From assembly GCA_951406725.2 (NCBI GenBank), contig OX597841.1, forward strand, positions 8,122,001 through 8,186,000: DNA of 64,000 nt. The letters run 5' to 3'. A model generated the notes under the pieces. The model was not told the DNA's origin. It searched no databases and worked only from the letters and a program-made list of their open reading frames with translations. Source of the DNA: Octopus vulgaris (lineage: Eukaryota). This document shows, in pieces, positions 30,897-45,769 of the stretch. Each line of letters starts with the position of its first letter. Within the stretch, counting starts at the first letter, position 1. A program made the translations under genes and the position numbers.

Positions 30897-32858
30897 TTAT
30901 CTCTCATAATAAAATAATCCATCAAAACGGTTGTCCAAATTTCCGTAAATCATGATGAAATAATCCGAAACATGTATGGCCTTGATGTGACAGACTTCAA
31001 TTTCCTGAGAGCTGAGAAAGATTTCGCATTTGCTGTCTACAGATACTTGGTGGATATTGTTATTAAAATCTGATATGTAAATATTTTCGCCGTGGATGGT
31101 CAAGGATTTGTTGAAAATGTTTGGAAATGGTTCCTCACCTTGAATCATTAGTTGTTGACTTCTTACCCAATTGTCTCTGTACCAACATACATCGTAATGA
31201 TCTTCCTTGTACTTAAGAACGACAATGTCTTCATTCGATGTCACACCCATTGCTACAACCTTCCCCTCCTTCCCTAAATTCACTCGGCCCTTATACTCGT
31301 ACATTTCACCGCCAATGTGAAGTATGTCTGCGTATGTCCCATATGGAATATTACTACATTCATTTGGAGCGTCTTCAAACACACATACCAGATTTTGCCG
31401 TTCTTTTTGTACATTAAATTGTATGGTTTTTCAGTTGTGATCTTTTTTAAAAGACACAAATCTGTATCGAAGAACATCAGTTGTTTATCGTCCCGAAAGA
31501 GGACTACAAATGATTCATCGGTCCATTGACATATATCTTGAGCTTCTTTTTCAAATGTTTGACTGTAAAGCAGATGACCGTCTCCACTGGTGACCATGAG
31601 AGTACATTTATGGAGGAGCACGACGATACTATTGTCTTGTAACATAATTAGCTTAAAAGCATTAAGAAAACAAAACATCGAATTTGAATCTAGTAAACCA
31701 GATAGAGAAAATGAAAGCGGGAACATTGCTGTTCTATGTGGCAGTCTTCTCACTGATATTTCATCAATTCCTAACATACTTTCCGCTATGTAATTACCAC
31801 GTCTTACTTCTATTTCTCTTGATGTACTTCTTCTTTCTCCTCCATCGCCACCGTTTTTAAGTTTGTTAAATAATTCATTACTGAACATTCCCTTCTTCTT
31901 CTGAGATGTAATGGAAGGGAAGTGAAGGCCAAAATCAAGATTCGATAACGACATAGATTCCAGAACCTTCAGTTGGTCCCCATCAATTTTTATAGTATCA
32001 CATTCAATCATGTTGATATGTACACACCAGTAAATATTTCCCACTTTTCTCCATATTATACCATAAGGTACTCGACTTTCCCAAACTTTATATTTCTCCA
32101 AGTTTTGTGACTTCAGTTGAAATATTTCTTGTCTGTTAGGGAGTGTAACCAAGATATTTCTTTCTCCTGTAAAACATACACCACCAACAAAACTTCCAAA
32201 ATCTCTGTAACATAGCAACTTCCCGTCATCATCAAATAGTTTAACATTTCCACTATTGGCCATTTCGCACACAACTGTCTTTCCTTCATCAGAGATATCG
32301 ATATCTTTTACTTGAACAGGACAATTGTTTGTTTGTAACCGTGAAACGGGGAATTTTTGCCGATTAATCTTGTACAAACCTTCAATATATAAGTACGAGT
32401 CATAGTTTGCAACAATTCTCGGGCCTTTACAGTTAATACTGTTGAAATCCAACGGACGTTTATAATGTCTTTCATTTAAGAATATTCTCTTGTATTCACC
32501 GTTCTGCAACAATGAGACAATACGATACTTTTTCGTGTTTTCATAGATGTTCTTCCGTCCAGTAATGTACAAATAAGTATCATCGGTTGCCATAGAAATG
32601 GGTCGGGAATAAATACTGTGCTTAAATGAATATAAATATTGCCCGTTCGGGTTCAGAATAGTGATGAGCCTCTCGGTATTGACGATGATGTTGTCATTAG
32701 CAATAACTGAGATATGGGTGATATTATATCTGTAGCACATCCAAAATAAGTCTATTTCTCTCATAATACGGACAGCTGACTGTATTTCATCGATATATAT
32801 ATAAAACAGGCCGTTTTCAATTTCGGGTATGCGGGTACCACCACCAACATTACTGCTG

Positions 32859-32920
<62 letters not shown>

Positions 32921-35763
32921 GCTTCTGCTGCTGCTGCTGCTGCTACACACCAGTAGATTGTCGGATCGACAAGCGATACAATTGTATCTATTTTCCGTGT
33001 GGTAAGTTGCCAAGACCAATGGGAATTCCACTTTTAATGTCAGCAGTTGATAGTTATTGGTCGTTATAACCAATGTGTTTGATCGCCAGCAACACATATG
33101 TCTAGGGACAACATTTAACTTGATAGAGTCAACAAGTTGACCATCAAAAGTTAATATCTTAATGTTTTCATTTGTGCTGTCATATAAAGCAACCAGGTTA
33201 TTTTCTGTAATAACCAAACAACCAATCTCCACTGGATGTTTATCTCCAAAACTTTGAGGGACAACAACTTCATGAGCTTTATCAGAAACTGTGAGATCTT
33301 GTAGATACAATCTAGAAGACAACATTTCACTGAGACTGATGTTTCTAGAAAATACATCTACCAGATCGATGAACATGTTAATTTGGCTTCTTGTGACATG
33401 ATCTTTCACCAGCAAGTCATGCTCATTTACAGCAAACATGCGGCTGTTGTCTATCAAATGGACACACATTTTATCAATACGTCCACCATAGAGATTGGAT
33501 TGTGTTTTCCCTTGCGACAGTAAAATATTGGGTATCATCTCAATGCTATAAGGACCACCGTCATAACCATAGAGATTGGAGGGTGTTTTCACTTGGGATG
33601 GTAAAACACTTCTTCTCCTCTTCCTGATGATCTTGTAGAAGAATACTGCTTTCTTACCAACAATCAATAGTTTTAGTGTTTCATTTTCTAACGATAATGA
33701 TTTCATTACAAAAGGAATATTAATTTTATGAATTATTTGAACTTGATTACAATTTTTAATGTTTAAAATATCTAAATGCGATGGTTTATCGCAATAACAA
33801 ATAATATGACTTTCACCCAGCTTACACACCCGTACATAAGCCTGGTTTAATGCTACACTTATAACTGCCTTTGATACGTTTCCGAAGACCCGTAATTGCT
33901 TCTCTAGAGGTAATGTGACGCCTATCTGATTATAATTCCATCGACATATATCTGTAGCTGTAGACGGCAGAGATAATCTAGACACAATGTTCCCTTCGTT
34001 GGAAATGTATAACAAACAATCATTATATATGTCGGACAACACCAACTGTCCATTTGCCAGATGACATATTTCACCAATGAGAACTTGGTCATTCTCCTTT
34101 TCTTCGAGTCGAATATTTAGATTTTTATTATAAGGGTTTTGAAAGGTTACATGACAGTCTGACCAGTCATGGTACTTGTAAAGAAGAATCCGACTGAGCA
34201 GATCGTCCAGCACATAAGCTGTTCCTTGGAAAACAGCAGCGTGACAGCGAAAGTTTGAAGGAAGTTTCAACTGCCATTTCCTTTGTCCAGTTATATTGTA
34301 ACAAGTCATCAAAGACTCTCTCCTGAAGATAACATAGAAGTATAATTTGTCTGTGAAAACATGATGAGGATAGCCATTGAACTCAATGTGTTTCTTGGAA
34401 AGCTCCTCACCAAAGCTTGAATAAAATAACAAGTTACGTTTCTTTCTGTCTACAACTACAAAATTAATTGGAGTAGCAGCAATGGCGACATTGTCATGTT
34501 CCAATGAAATTCTGTTTACAATGTCGACATGATCCTTTTTAATCAATAAAATATGTACCTCCACTTTACCTTCATTGGTGGTCAGAGCCAAACACCTATT
34601 TGATACCATATGACACATTTGAATGTAATTGTTTTCGACGTCTATTAAATCACCTTCAGTTAGTTGTGGACAGGTAATATACTGAAGTTTCCTGTCCTCA
34701 CTAAAAAGGACAAGAAATGTGTTCGAATCCACTCTGCAGAAAACAGAAGGCTGGAGTTTAAAGGTTAAACATTTTCCACCAAACGGTTGCCCTTCGTCAG
34801 TAACTAATATAGCTTTTAGATCCCGATATATAATTACTACTGAAGAGGCTGACATAGGTAGAATCGTTGTAATGTTGGAGGGGTCATCAATATGGATTTG
34901 GTTTATCAGGCTCGGGACATGGTCTTGGTGATGGTAAGACAGCCGAGGCCAAAAATCTTTATTTGTCCTAATAATATGTGCAAGACCAAAACGGTCAGTC
35001 AAGTAAATATTATTTGTTGCCACACAAATATATCGAGCTTTTATCCCAATTTCTCTTTGGGACACAGCACCGTTTGCTGAAATCTTGTAAATTACATTTC
35101 CTTGCAGAGCGTAAGAATAATTTCGATATACGGTGAGGTCGGTTGGAATATCGATGGAATGGGTCCTCAACTGAAACAAGTGTCTGCCATCTATTGTGTA
35201 ACAGCTAATTCTATTTATATTAGCTAAGGCTATTAAGATATGATACTGTGGACCAACTGCTATGTTTCCAACAATTTCTTGCACACTAAATTTTTCTTCA
35301 AATTTATTTTTATCCCAGTCTATGAGATATATTGTCTTACTAAACATTTCAGTCCCTACAAATGTAGAATGTTCGAAATAGGAAATTGTAAAGAAACTAT
35401 AATCCAGAGATTTTATGTGGAAACTTGATGGATTAATGAAAACTATTTTCTTGCGGAAAGGAATTGTGGCTAGAACAGTGTGTTCACCAATTCTTGTCAT
35501 GTCTGTGACATTAGAAGAACAATGAAAATCAAAATCACCGCCTGTTGTGGCACAACTTATTAACTTCAAATCTGGTGAATAGGTTACTATTCCATTGCAG
35601 ATTTCAACGATTCTTGAAACTGTGACCAGGTTCTTGGAATCATTATCGGAGTCTGTGAGCTGCAATATTTTGGACACAGCTGGGCAAAGGGGACGGAATT
35701 TGGATGAATGCGACTTCATAATACTTTTACAGTCAAAACGTGGTATCTGCATGTAGTGATCAT
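30897..35763 (-). CDS. Giant terminal exon of the ANK-RING (Mind-bomb-like) gene: six tandem NHL/TRIM-like beta-propeller units, with a 1-nt frameshift at ~31395
   Basis: Acceptor gttattcAG at 35764-35765, phase 1 (G+AT = Asp, DHYMQIPRF), matches the upstream mini-exon. A 1490-aa ORF continues in the overlapping 161-aa ORF. Six repeated units begin near aa 46, 294, 559, 843, 1148 and 1365 with a pattern like I..i.....++v.d.....+...G.......p.d+C......+.V..p.... The fold call is by eye. Confidence 0.8.
32852..32944 (-). repeat. Coding (AGT)n/(AGC)n microsatellite encoding a poly-Ser tract
   Basis: In-frame trinucleotide run giving ~30 Ser within the large ORF. Confidence 0.95.
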
Positions 35764-36395
35764 CTGAATAACAATAACAACAGAAATAAAATTATATTAA
35801 ATTTTCAAAAGACATGAATGGGTAATATTAATTTGTAACAGCAACTTCCTACGCAATTCGAGTCACAAAACAAATCAAATCTTCTCAATTTAACGAAAAC
35901 ATTGCACAACATTCCTACCACACCATTTTCAAGACACTTTCCATTTCATTTATTGTAGATAAACACGGAAATAGCGACATCAGTGGGGTTACAAGCTGAA
36001 AACACTGATATACACCAGCGGAGTTTGTTACTGAAGAGCGATATCCATGATGATCTGGCTATGTATACCTTGACCACTTCAATTGTGGTTAATACTAGAA
36101 GGTCTACACATGTACAACCACATACTGTACAATGAGGAAATAATTTATTGCATCCCGACTGCTACCACACTCCACCCCACAAAACAAAACACTGTATTTT
36201 GTAAGTTAACTCTGTGATGTTTAACAAGATGAAAGAATGGAATATTTGACGGGTTAGATCTGGGTGTTTTTTACGGAGGCTGTGACCAGCTGCGTATTGT
36301 TATATATATATGTGTGTGTGTGTGTGTGTGAGTACTAAAGATGGCCTGAGTAGCTATTACACAACCAATCGTAAGATTTATGCTCTCTCTCTCTT

Positions 36396-36432
<37 letters not shown>

Positions 36433-37884
36433 GACCCCATGTTAGACGTTAAAAATTAGATTAGCCCCAACACCAATTCTATCAATGAATGAGGTAAATA
36501 AAATTCGAATAAACAAAACAGAAATTGCCTTTTACCGATTTAGAGATAACGAATAATTATTGATAATTTATAGTCAATAACTTTCTGCACTCCACTTCCT
36601 TAATGCTGGGCTAATTCTAGATGCTCTGATTTAAAATACCAATTAGTGTTTTACAAATATACAGATATATATGAAAATATTCACAGAAATATATAACCTG
36701 TAATTACCCATGTGATCTTTTAGTAATTACTAGTATTTATGGCAATCCAGAAACCTGTAATTATCCATTATCTCAGTTGAGATTTGGTCAGTCTATCTCC
36801 TAATTTAACATGTATAACTTTGATGTATTTGCAAGTAATTAGCATCCATCGCTACCTACCATCACTACCACTATCATCATTTAACGTCGGTTCCCCATTC
36901 TGGCAGGGTTTGTACGTTTTGTCAGGGGCTGGCTAGGGAGAAGAATGCACCAGGCTTCACTGTCTCATTTGGCAGGATTTTACAGCTTGATACTCTTCCC
37001 AACACCAACAACCTTACAGTGGGATCTGGATCCACAAGCACTGGTGGGAGTCACCAAAGAACTTGCAAGACAAAAAGCCTTTGAGAGGGAGAGCATTGGA
37101 GGAGGAGGTGGGCGTGTGTCAGGGGATGACAGATTCGACTGTGACAGAGGGACTGAAACAGGTGTCTTATAGTAGAAGACATACATGATTACCCAGTGAG
37201 AGGAGGAGGGCAAGAGAAACAGTGAGAGTGAGCAACCAAGGAATGTTAATAAATAATTAAGCACTCTGGTACCTCACACACCGTTGTAACTCAGTCTCCA
37301 TCATTTACTGTTGTCAGCCTCCACCGCTCCTTCGAATCACTTTTTTTATCCTTATTGTCTCGTATCTTTTAGTCTGCATTCCGATTCTTCTATAATCTCT
37401 TCTTCTCCCATCTTAAACATATCAGTGAACAAACACATCATAGAGTAGTGAGGACTAACTTTCTAATAATTTGGAATGTGACTCAACCTCACTAATGCTG
37501 GTGCTATGATCAAATGCTCCCACTACGCACTAGGAGGTGGTTGTTGGATGAGAGTAGACACCGTAAGGTTGAGAGGGAGGTTTAATCTTGCCGAGGACAT
37601 GGCAATCTCTTGTAGTGTTTGTGCCACAATTATATTCACCCAGGACCCTTTGTAAAGTGGTTGGTGATAAGAAGGGCATACCACCATGAAAAAGCTGGAA
37701 TGGTTAATTGAGAGGTAATCCTCAAGCAATCATTATGGGTAGTTTACTGTTAATAAGAAATGACATGGACAGTGACCACCCATCCAGTACATGGGAGCAT
37801 AGAGAGCAGATGATAAAAGGGAGAGGATGATATCATTTACTGTATTGAAACTTGCAGATAGTGAAAGGGAGCGAGAAAGAGACA

Positions 37885-37920
<36 letters not shown>

Positions 37921-38937
37921 CTGAGCTGCAAAGCAGCCTTCTACTTGAATAAAGGCAATATTGAATAGATGTAATGGTTGAATAGTGGACGTAATGACAG
38001 TGAAAAAAAACCAGGCTGTTCACTATTGGAACAAGTTTCACCATAAGTTTCTGGTTAAGCAAAAGCGCCAACAACAATAATCAATCAGTAAGCTTACTAA
38101 AAATGTAAAACGAACAAACACTTTGTCATTAAATCACCCGTTTACCTTTAAACAACAAAATCCTTTTAGTTCCTATTCTAAAGGACAATATCATTTTCTA
38201 CTCTAGGCACAAGGCCAGAATCTTTTGGCGACGGAGTCAGTCGATTAGATCGACCCCAGTACGCAACTGGTACTCAATTTATCGGCCTCGAAAGGATGGA
38301 AGGCAAAATCGACCTCGGTGGAATTTGAACTTAGGATGTAAAGACAGATGAAGTAAAGCTAAGCATTTCGCCCGGCGTTCTAATGTTTCTGCCAGCTCAC
38401 CACCTTCCCAAAGGACAATATTAACTCTATTCTGTTTTCTAATTTAGCCATTTTGCCAACAGCGATAACCTTGGTGGACATTTTATTAAATTTCAATAAT
38501 AACAATATTTTAAAAAACAAATTGATGTGGTTACTTGACTGGGAACGAGAGGAGCTGCTGCTTGTTGTATACAAAGGGAGTGGAAGAGAGCGAAAAAGGG
38601 AGAGGACGAGAGAGACTAAATTGAGATGACAGACGGTATTTATTCTCCTTAAAGGGACAGAACCGCTTAAGGGTTTATATTTTATCTTTTGCATATTTCT
38701 CCTTATCTTGAGACGCCTTTTTTTCTGAGTGGAAGAATATCTGATGCTTCCACTTTTCTATAAAATCCATTTCTTGGATATTCCTGTAGTTGTACAAGAA
38801 TAGAAAAAAAATGTGTAGCTAACCATTCGAAATAAATGTAGCAAAAGAACTTGTTCTCAGTCATTCTGTCAAACAAAGTTGCTCGGAAAATGGTAAAATT
38901 GATAGAAATCAATAAGGTATTGGCAATTTATACTCAC

Positions 38938-38988
38938 CAGCTGGCTCCACCTCTGTTTGGACTTCATTGTCAACAAGCGTTAAAGTAA
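38938..38988 (-). CDS. 51-nt symmetric (phase 1-1) mini-exon, (V)TLTLVDNEVQTEVEPA
   Basis: ttgtttcAG acceptor and GTgagt donor; open frame; paralogue of 40146-40196. Confidence 0.8.
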
Positions 38989-39782
38989 CTGAAACAAAAT
39001 TTTCTAAATTTTACACTTTACAGAAAAATGTCTTTATCTTAATTAATAATCTAAATTTTGTTATTCTGTGACATTCCTGTCATTGATGGTCAACTGGTGA
39101 CCCGTACGGCTTGGGTCAACATTTTCATACTTCCTATAGGGATACCATGTAATAACTCAATATTCAGGTCCACCACTAAATAGACTAACCTTCATATATC
39201 TCCATATTAAGACATCCCACATAATCTAAGGATCACTCTATTAAGATATCTACATAATCTAATAATTATCTTATATAATTATCACTTGATAACACTGATT
39301 ATCTCTTAGCTTAATTTTCCCTTTCATCTATCGGAGCCCAGTCTATGATATGGAATTGTTCTCTCACCTCCAGATTTCCCTAATGAACTCCCAGGAAGAA
39401 TGGGACGAAATGGTGAGTAATGATCTTGAAATGTTGAGCCTAACAGTCACTTGGCAGTTTGCTGTGCTTGAGAACAACCACCAACCTAAATCAAGGGCAT
39501 AAGCGCCTGTTTGTCCCCCAACAATGCCTCCCCCACAGATGTCGCATTCTCCTCCCTTCTCCCTCATGTACCTACATGCACATATGATGCCCTACTGTTT
39601 CTCATCCCCAACCATATCCACCATTCCTCCTCCCGCTACTACCTTCCTTTCACAAACTTATAAACTAACCCTCCCTCCCAGATCACTCTCTGTCGTATTT
39701 CACCATTTTCTGTATCGACACATGAGGCAGCCATAGAAACAAAGGCAAAATAGGCATTTGTGGGCTGTTATTTTATACTTAT

Positions 39783-39836
39783 CAACTGGCTCTGCTACCA
39801 TCGTCTGCACTTATTTCCCTTCAAGCTTTAGATTCT
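39783..39836 (-). pseudogene. Dead third copy of the mini-exon (ENLKLEGK*VQTMVAEPV)
   Basis: Intact tatttcAG acceptor, but in-frame TAA at 39811-39813 and donor mutated to ATaagt. Confidence 0.75.
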
Positions 39837-40145
39837 CTGAAATAAATATTATTTACACTAAAACCATTTTATCATTACCAATAATCTATATTCTGTTATT
39901 GTGAGAGATTCCTATCATCAATGGTCTACAAGAGTTCACACAGGTTTCGGTCAATATTTATATACTTTCAACAGTGGGCCCATTATTGATGCCCTCCACA
40001 AAATTGATTGGCATTCCTAAATCTCCGCTCTCAATTAAGACATCTTACATATCTCATTTACTTCTCACGTATCCACCTTAATAAAGTAGATGAGGTAATG
40101 GCAAACTTGATAGAAGTCAAAAAGGTAATGTTGATTTATACTCAC

Positions 40146-40196
40146 CAACTGGTTCTACTTCTGTTTGAACTTCATTGTCAACAAGTGCTGGCGTCT
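40146..40196 (-). CDS. 51-nt symmetric (phase 1-1) mini-exon, (E)TPALVDNEVQTEVEPV
   Basis: tatttcAG acceptor and GTgagt donor; phase 1 matches the end of the RING exon. Confidence 0.8.
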
Positions 40197-41073
40197 CTGA
40201 AATAAATATTCTAAATTTTACACTTCATAGAAAAACATCTTTATATTTCTTAATAATCAAAATGTTATTCTTGTGAGGTATTCCTGTCGTTGCTGGTCAG
40301 CTGGTGACCAGTACTGCTCGGGTCGACATTTTCATACTTTCTACAGTAATACCATGGAATAGCTCAATATCCAGGTCCACAACTAAATAGACTCACCTTC
40401 CTATATATCCCAATTATGGCATCCTACATAATCTAACAATAACCCTATTAAGATATCTATATAATCTAATCATTACCTTCTTTAATTTTCATTTGAAAAC
40501 ACTGATAATCACCTAGATTAATTTGCCCTTTCATCAGTCGGAGCCCTATCAATGATTTGGCCTTGTCTTATCACCTGCAGATTTCTCTAATCAACATTCT
40601 TCTCCTCTTCTCATTCTGATGTCAATGAAGCTGGTCTCCAAACATCTAACCATAAACGCATGTCACAATACATCAAGTAGGATTAATATACACCTGCTCT
40701 CTTTTTAAAAGGTTGCTGCTGGTAATCTTTAATCTTAAATCCCCACATCACAATTCATCAGAATAGAATATGATTCTGGAAACATTTGAAGATATTTCAA
40801 TGTAATTAATCCTCCTTAATAAGCAGCTATTTTCAGGTGAACAATCTTTGTCCTAAGCAAGTGGAGCGGAAAGTGATATCAGGTATCCCAAAACACTGTA
40901 CTCTTGTATAGAAACTCATTAACTAGACACACAAACACACACACATATACACACATGCACACAATCACACACACATACACATATATTTATGTGTGTGTGT
41001 ATGTATATATGTATATGTATGTAGATGTGTATGTATATATATACATAGGTTTATACATACATGCATACATATA

Positions 41074-41126
<53 letters not shown>

Positions 41127-41483
41127 GGAGAGAGATAGATGGATAGATTAATAGATAGATAGATAGATAGATAGATGCATACATACATACATACATACAT
41201 AATATATATATATATATATGCATACACACATGCTCACACACACACATACATATATACATACACACAAACATTGATAGATTAATAGATAGATAGATAGATA
41301 GATAGATAGAGAGTGAGAGTGAGAGAGAGAGAGAGAGAGAGAGATAAGAAAGATAGATAGATTTATGAACGTACATTTACATATCATTGCAAAGGAATTA
41401 TATCTGGAATAGTACTGACTCTCAAGAATATATAAGCAAGACAGAGACATAAATCAAACTGGAAGCGCCAAATCTATTTTGCA

Positions 41484-42215
41484 CTAGCATTAAAGACCCG
41501 TCGTTGCCGGGTCATAGTGCTAGTGCATGTATATATGTGTATATATTTGTGTACATATTACATTTACATCTATAAATATACATCTACACATAAAATGCAA
41601 AATACAAAGTTATATCTTGATATCGCTAGTGATAACAATACTCAAAATATATAACAGACTGGAATTGTTAGCTCTTCTTTTTTCTCTACATTGTATACTT
41701 TACAGACAATAGTCTTTTCTTTAATTTAACTTTTTACTATCCATCTGGACTATTTCATTTCTGCACGCTAATTTTATTTTTAATTTATTCCCATTCATGT
41801 GAAACCACTTATTCTAGTTCAAATCATTGATGCAATTTTATACCAATTGCGACTTTTCCTTTTGTTATGTTACGATTATATTATAATTTAGTTTGATTTT
41901 AATTATTACTTACTACATATAATTCAATTGTTATTATTATTTTTATTGTTAAAGTGAAAGCATCTGACATAAAATAGAGAATTATTTTTGTTTCACTTTT
42001 AACACGTAATACTGAAATAGCGAAGATATGATATTGCTATGGGCTCGCTCTAGGCAAGAAGTTGAACATTTTCGTTGGCCCATGACACTCCCCGGACCCT
42101 AAGTAAGGCATATGTAAAATCTGAATGAAATTGGTTGTGTAGTTCTCAAGTTTTAGGGAAACACACAGACAGACAGACAGACAGACACACATTCTCAGTT
42201 TTAAATATATAAAGA
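41484..42215 (-). mobile_element. Non-autonomous Helitron-like element
   Basis: The minus-strand 3' end has hairpin gacccggcaacgacgggtc then CTAG|T; the 5' end is TC...tatat followed by (GTCT)n. A fragment of the same family lies at ~45790-46010. Confidence 0.65.
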
Positions 42216-43399
42216 TTATATATGTTGTTTTGTCACCGCATCACAGTTTGTGCCTTGATCCCATTGCCTCAAGACGTGTCTCTCAGCAAGCTACCGTACC
42301 ATTGTCTTCAAGCTTTTGGCATGATTTCTCCTGCTATTTGTAACTTCACTTGTTTCTGCTGATCATTTACAAACGATACACAGCACTACTTATTCGATTT
42401 AAACCACACTTTTGCCCAAATAATGAGTTAATCCAGCCTAACCAGAATTATTTGCATATCCTTCTGATCTCTCCTTAGTATTATTAAGTAACCCATGAAT
42501 GCCTTCTTGTTGTAATTCATTTGAGCCGTTTCTGCTGATATAAGTAACATCCTCATAACCATCTCAAACCAAATTGCTCATATTGTCAACCTCCGGCTAT
42601 TCAAATTCCTGTCTCAACACGATGCCAGTCTGTCGTAACATTTTCTGTGATGAACCGCATTGTGAAATCATTATAGCAGCTCCTCATCAGATCATTAATC
42701 TCCTTTTAATCGTTCATTGTTTCCATCAACCATTTCTATGGTATAGAACAATATGCATTAGCCACACCAGGCCATACAACAATCAACTCAATTATATTCT
42801 CCTTTCCCTCTTGTATTAATTCCAGATTGAAAATGCTTGTTGCGCACACGCTGGAGGTCCGGTGATTCCAGTCCTCTGGACACATTTAGTCAGATAGCCA
42901 TTCTTTTATAGATATGTAGCTGATCTCTAAGCCCATGTAAATCTGACCATTCTCTATTGAAATTGTCCTGCTGCCGCTTGCTTTGGTAAGTAAACACTTT
43001 CTTGTATGTACAGGTCATCAATCGGTTCAGCTTTATACCCCAAATCTCTTCTTCCAGGATTTGCTTATAACATAACTGAGTACAACGTTTCTATACGTTC
43101 TGTGGTACAGCATCACCTCGTGTTGCACTCTAAACTCTTACTTTCTTCACACAACTCTCAACTTCTTTCTTCCTCTTTCTTCATGAAATCACTAAGCTGA
43201 AATATTTTGATTCTTCGTTTCATTCGGCATTTCAGACTGTCCATGGCTGGGAATGGTTGATTTCGCTTTAGGTCACTGTACATCTCTTGTATATTCCCAT
43301 CATTTTCCATGCCTTATAGCCTGCGACACATGGCCTCAAGAAACACCATTCTAGTACCATTAGAATGGTCCTTTAGAAACTGCTATCTAAAACTATTTA

Positions 43400-44650
<1,251 letters not shown>

Positions 44651-45459
44651 ACTAGGCTATCTAAAAGGTTCAGTTTCCTTTCTTCCTTCAATACGTGTGT
44701 CATTTCTTTGAATGCATTGGCTTGCATTGCATCATACAGTCAGTATCTACTTTTATGAATGGGAAAGAGGCAATGGTTGTCTGTGCAACAGACAAAAGTC
44801 TTCCACTTGGATAAAGACAATGTTTAATGGATGTAGTGATAGATTTCCTAGTCGTGAAGAAAGAAAGGTGTTCACACTAGGAATGCATTTCCTTGTAAGT
44901 GAACCAGATAATGAGAGGCACCTGCTTGAATAACAACAACAATAACCAGTCAGTAAACGTAGTAAAATGTAAAACAAACAAAATCTTTTACTCACGTGAT
45001 AAAGTATAACATATTATATATCCCCGTTCAAAAAGAGAATATTCAATATATTGTTTCTTCTAATTTATCAATTTTACCAACCATGTTAACTTGAGTGGAT
45101 AATTTATGAAATGTCAGTAATATCGAATCCCTTTAATATAATCAGTTTACAGCTAAAACGTGCAATTGGAATTTAGGAATAGAACATATTATTAATAGCT
45201 CTGACAAACAAAAAAGCTCACCAGTTGTGAAGCAGTGATGAGGGTGAAACACAAAGACACACACATACACTTACATATATACATACAATTGATTTCTTTC
45301 ACTTTCTGTCTACAACTTCCACTGACAAATCTTTGGTTGATCTGAGGCTATCGCAGAAGACACATGCCAAATTTCCACGCAGTGGAACTGAACTGAGGAC
45401 CATGTGTTTTGGAACCAAGTTTGTTACCACACAGCCACACTTGTACCTATATATGTGCG

Positions 45460-45503
<44 letters not shown>

Positions 45504-45623
45504 TATGTGTTCGTGTATATATGTATGCATGTGCATATGTGTATATATATGTGTACATATTACATGTACATCTATATATATATATACATCTAGATATACA
45601 TGTATACATATACATCTATATAT

Positions 45624-45658
<35 letters not shown>

Positions 45659-45691
45659 CATATAAATAAATATATATATATATCCATATAT

Positions 45692-45769
<78 letters not shown>

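Noticed and set aside
38640-38785. Possible extra exon (MDFIEKWKHQIFF...) between the mini-exons and the big exon
   Set aside because: No convincing donor or compatible phase; the gene model is already in frame without it.
42440-43330. Complex sequence that may be an old LINE fragment
   Set aside because: I could not recover diagnostic motifs, so it is left unassigned.
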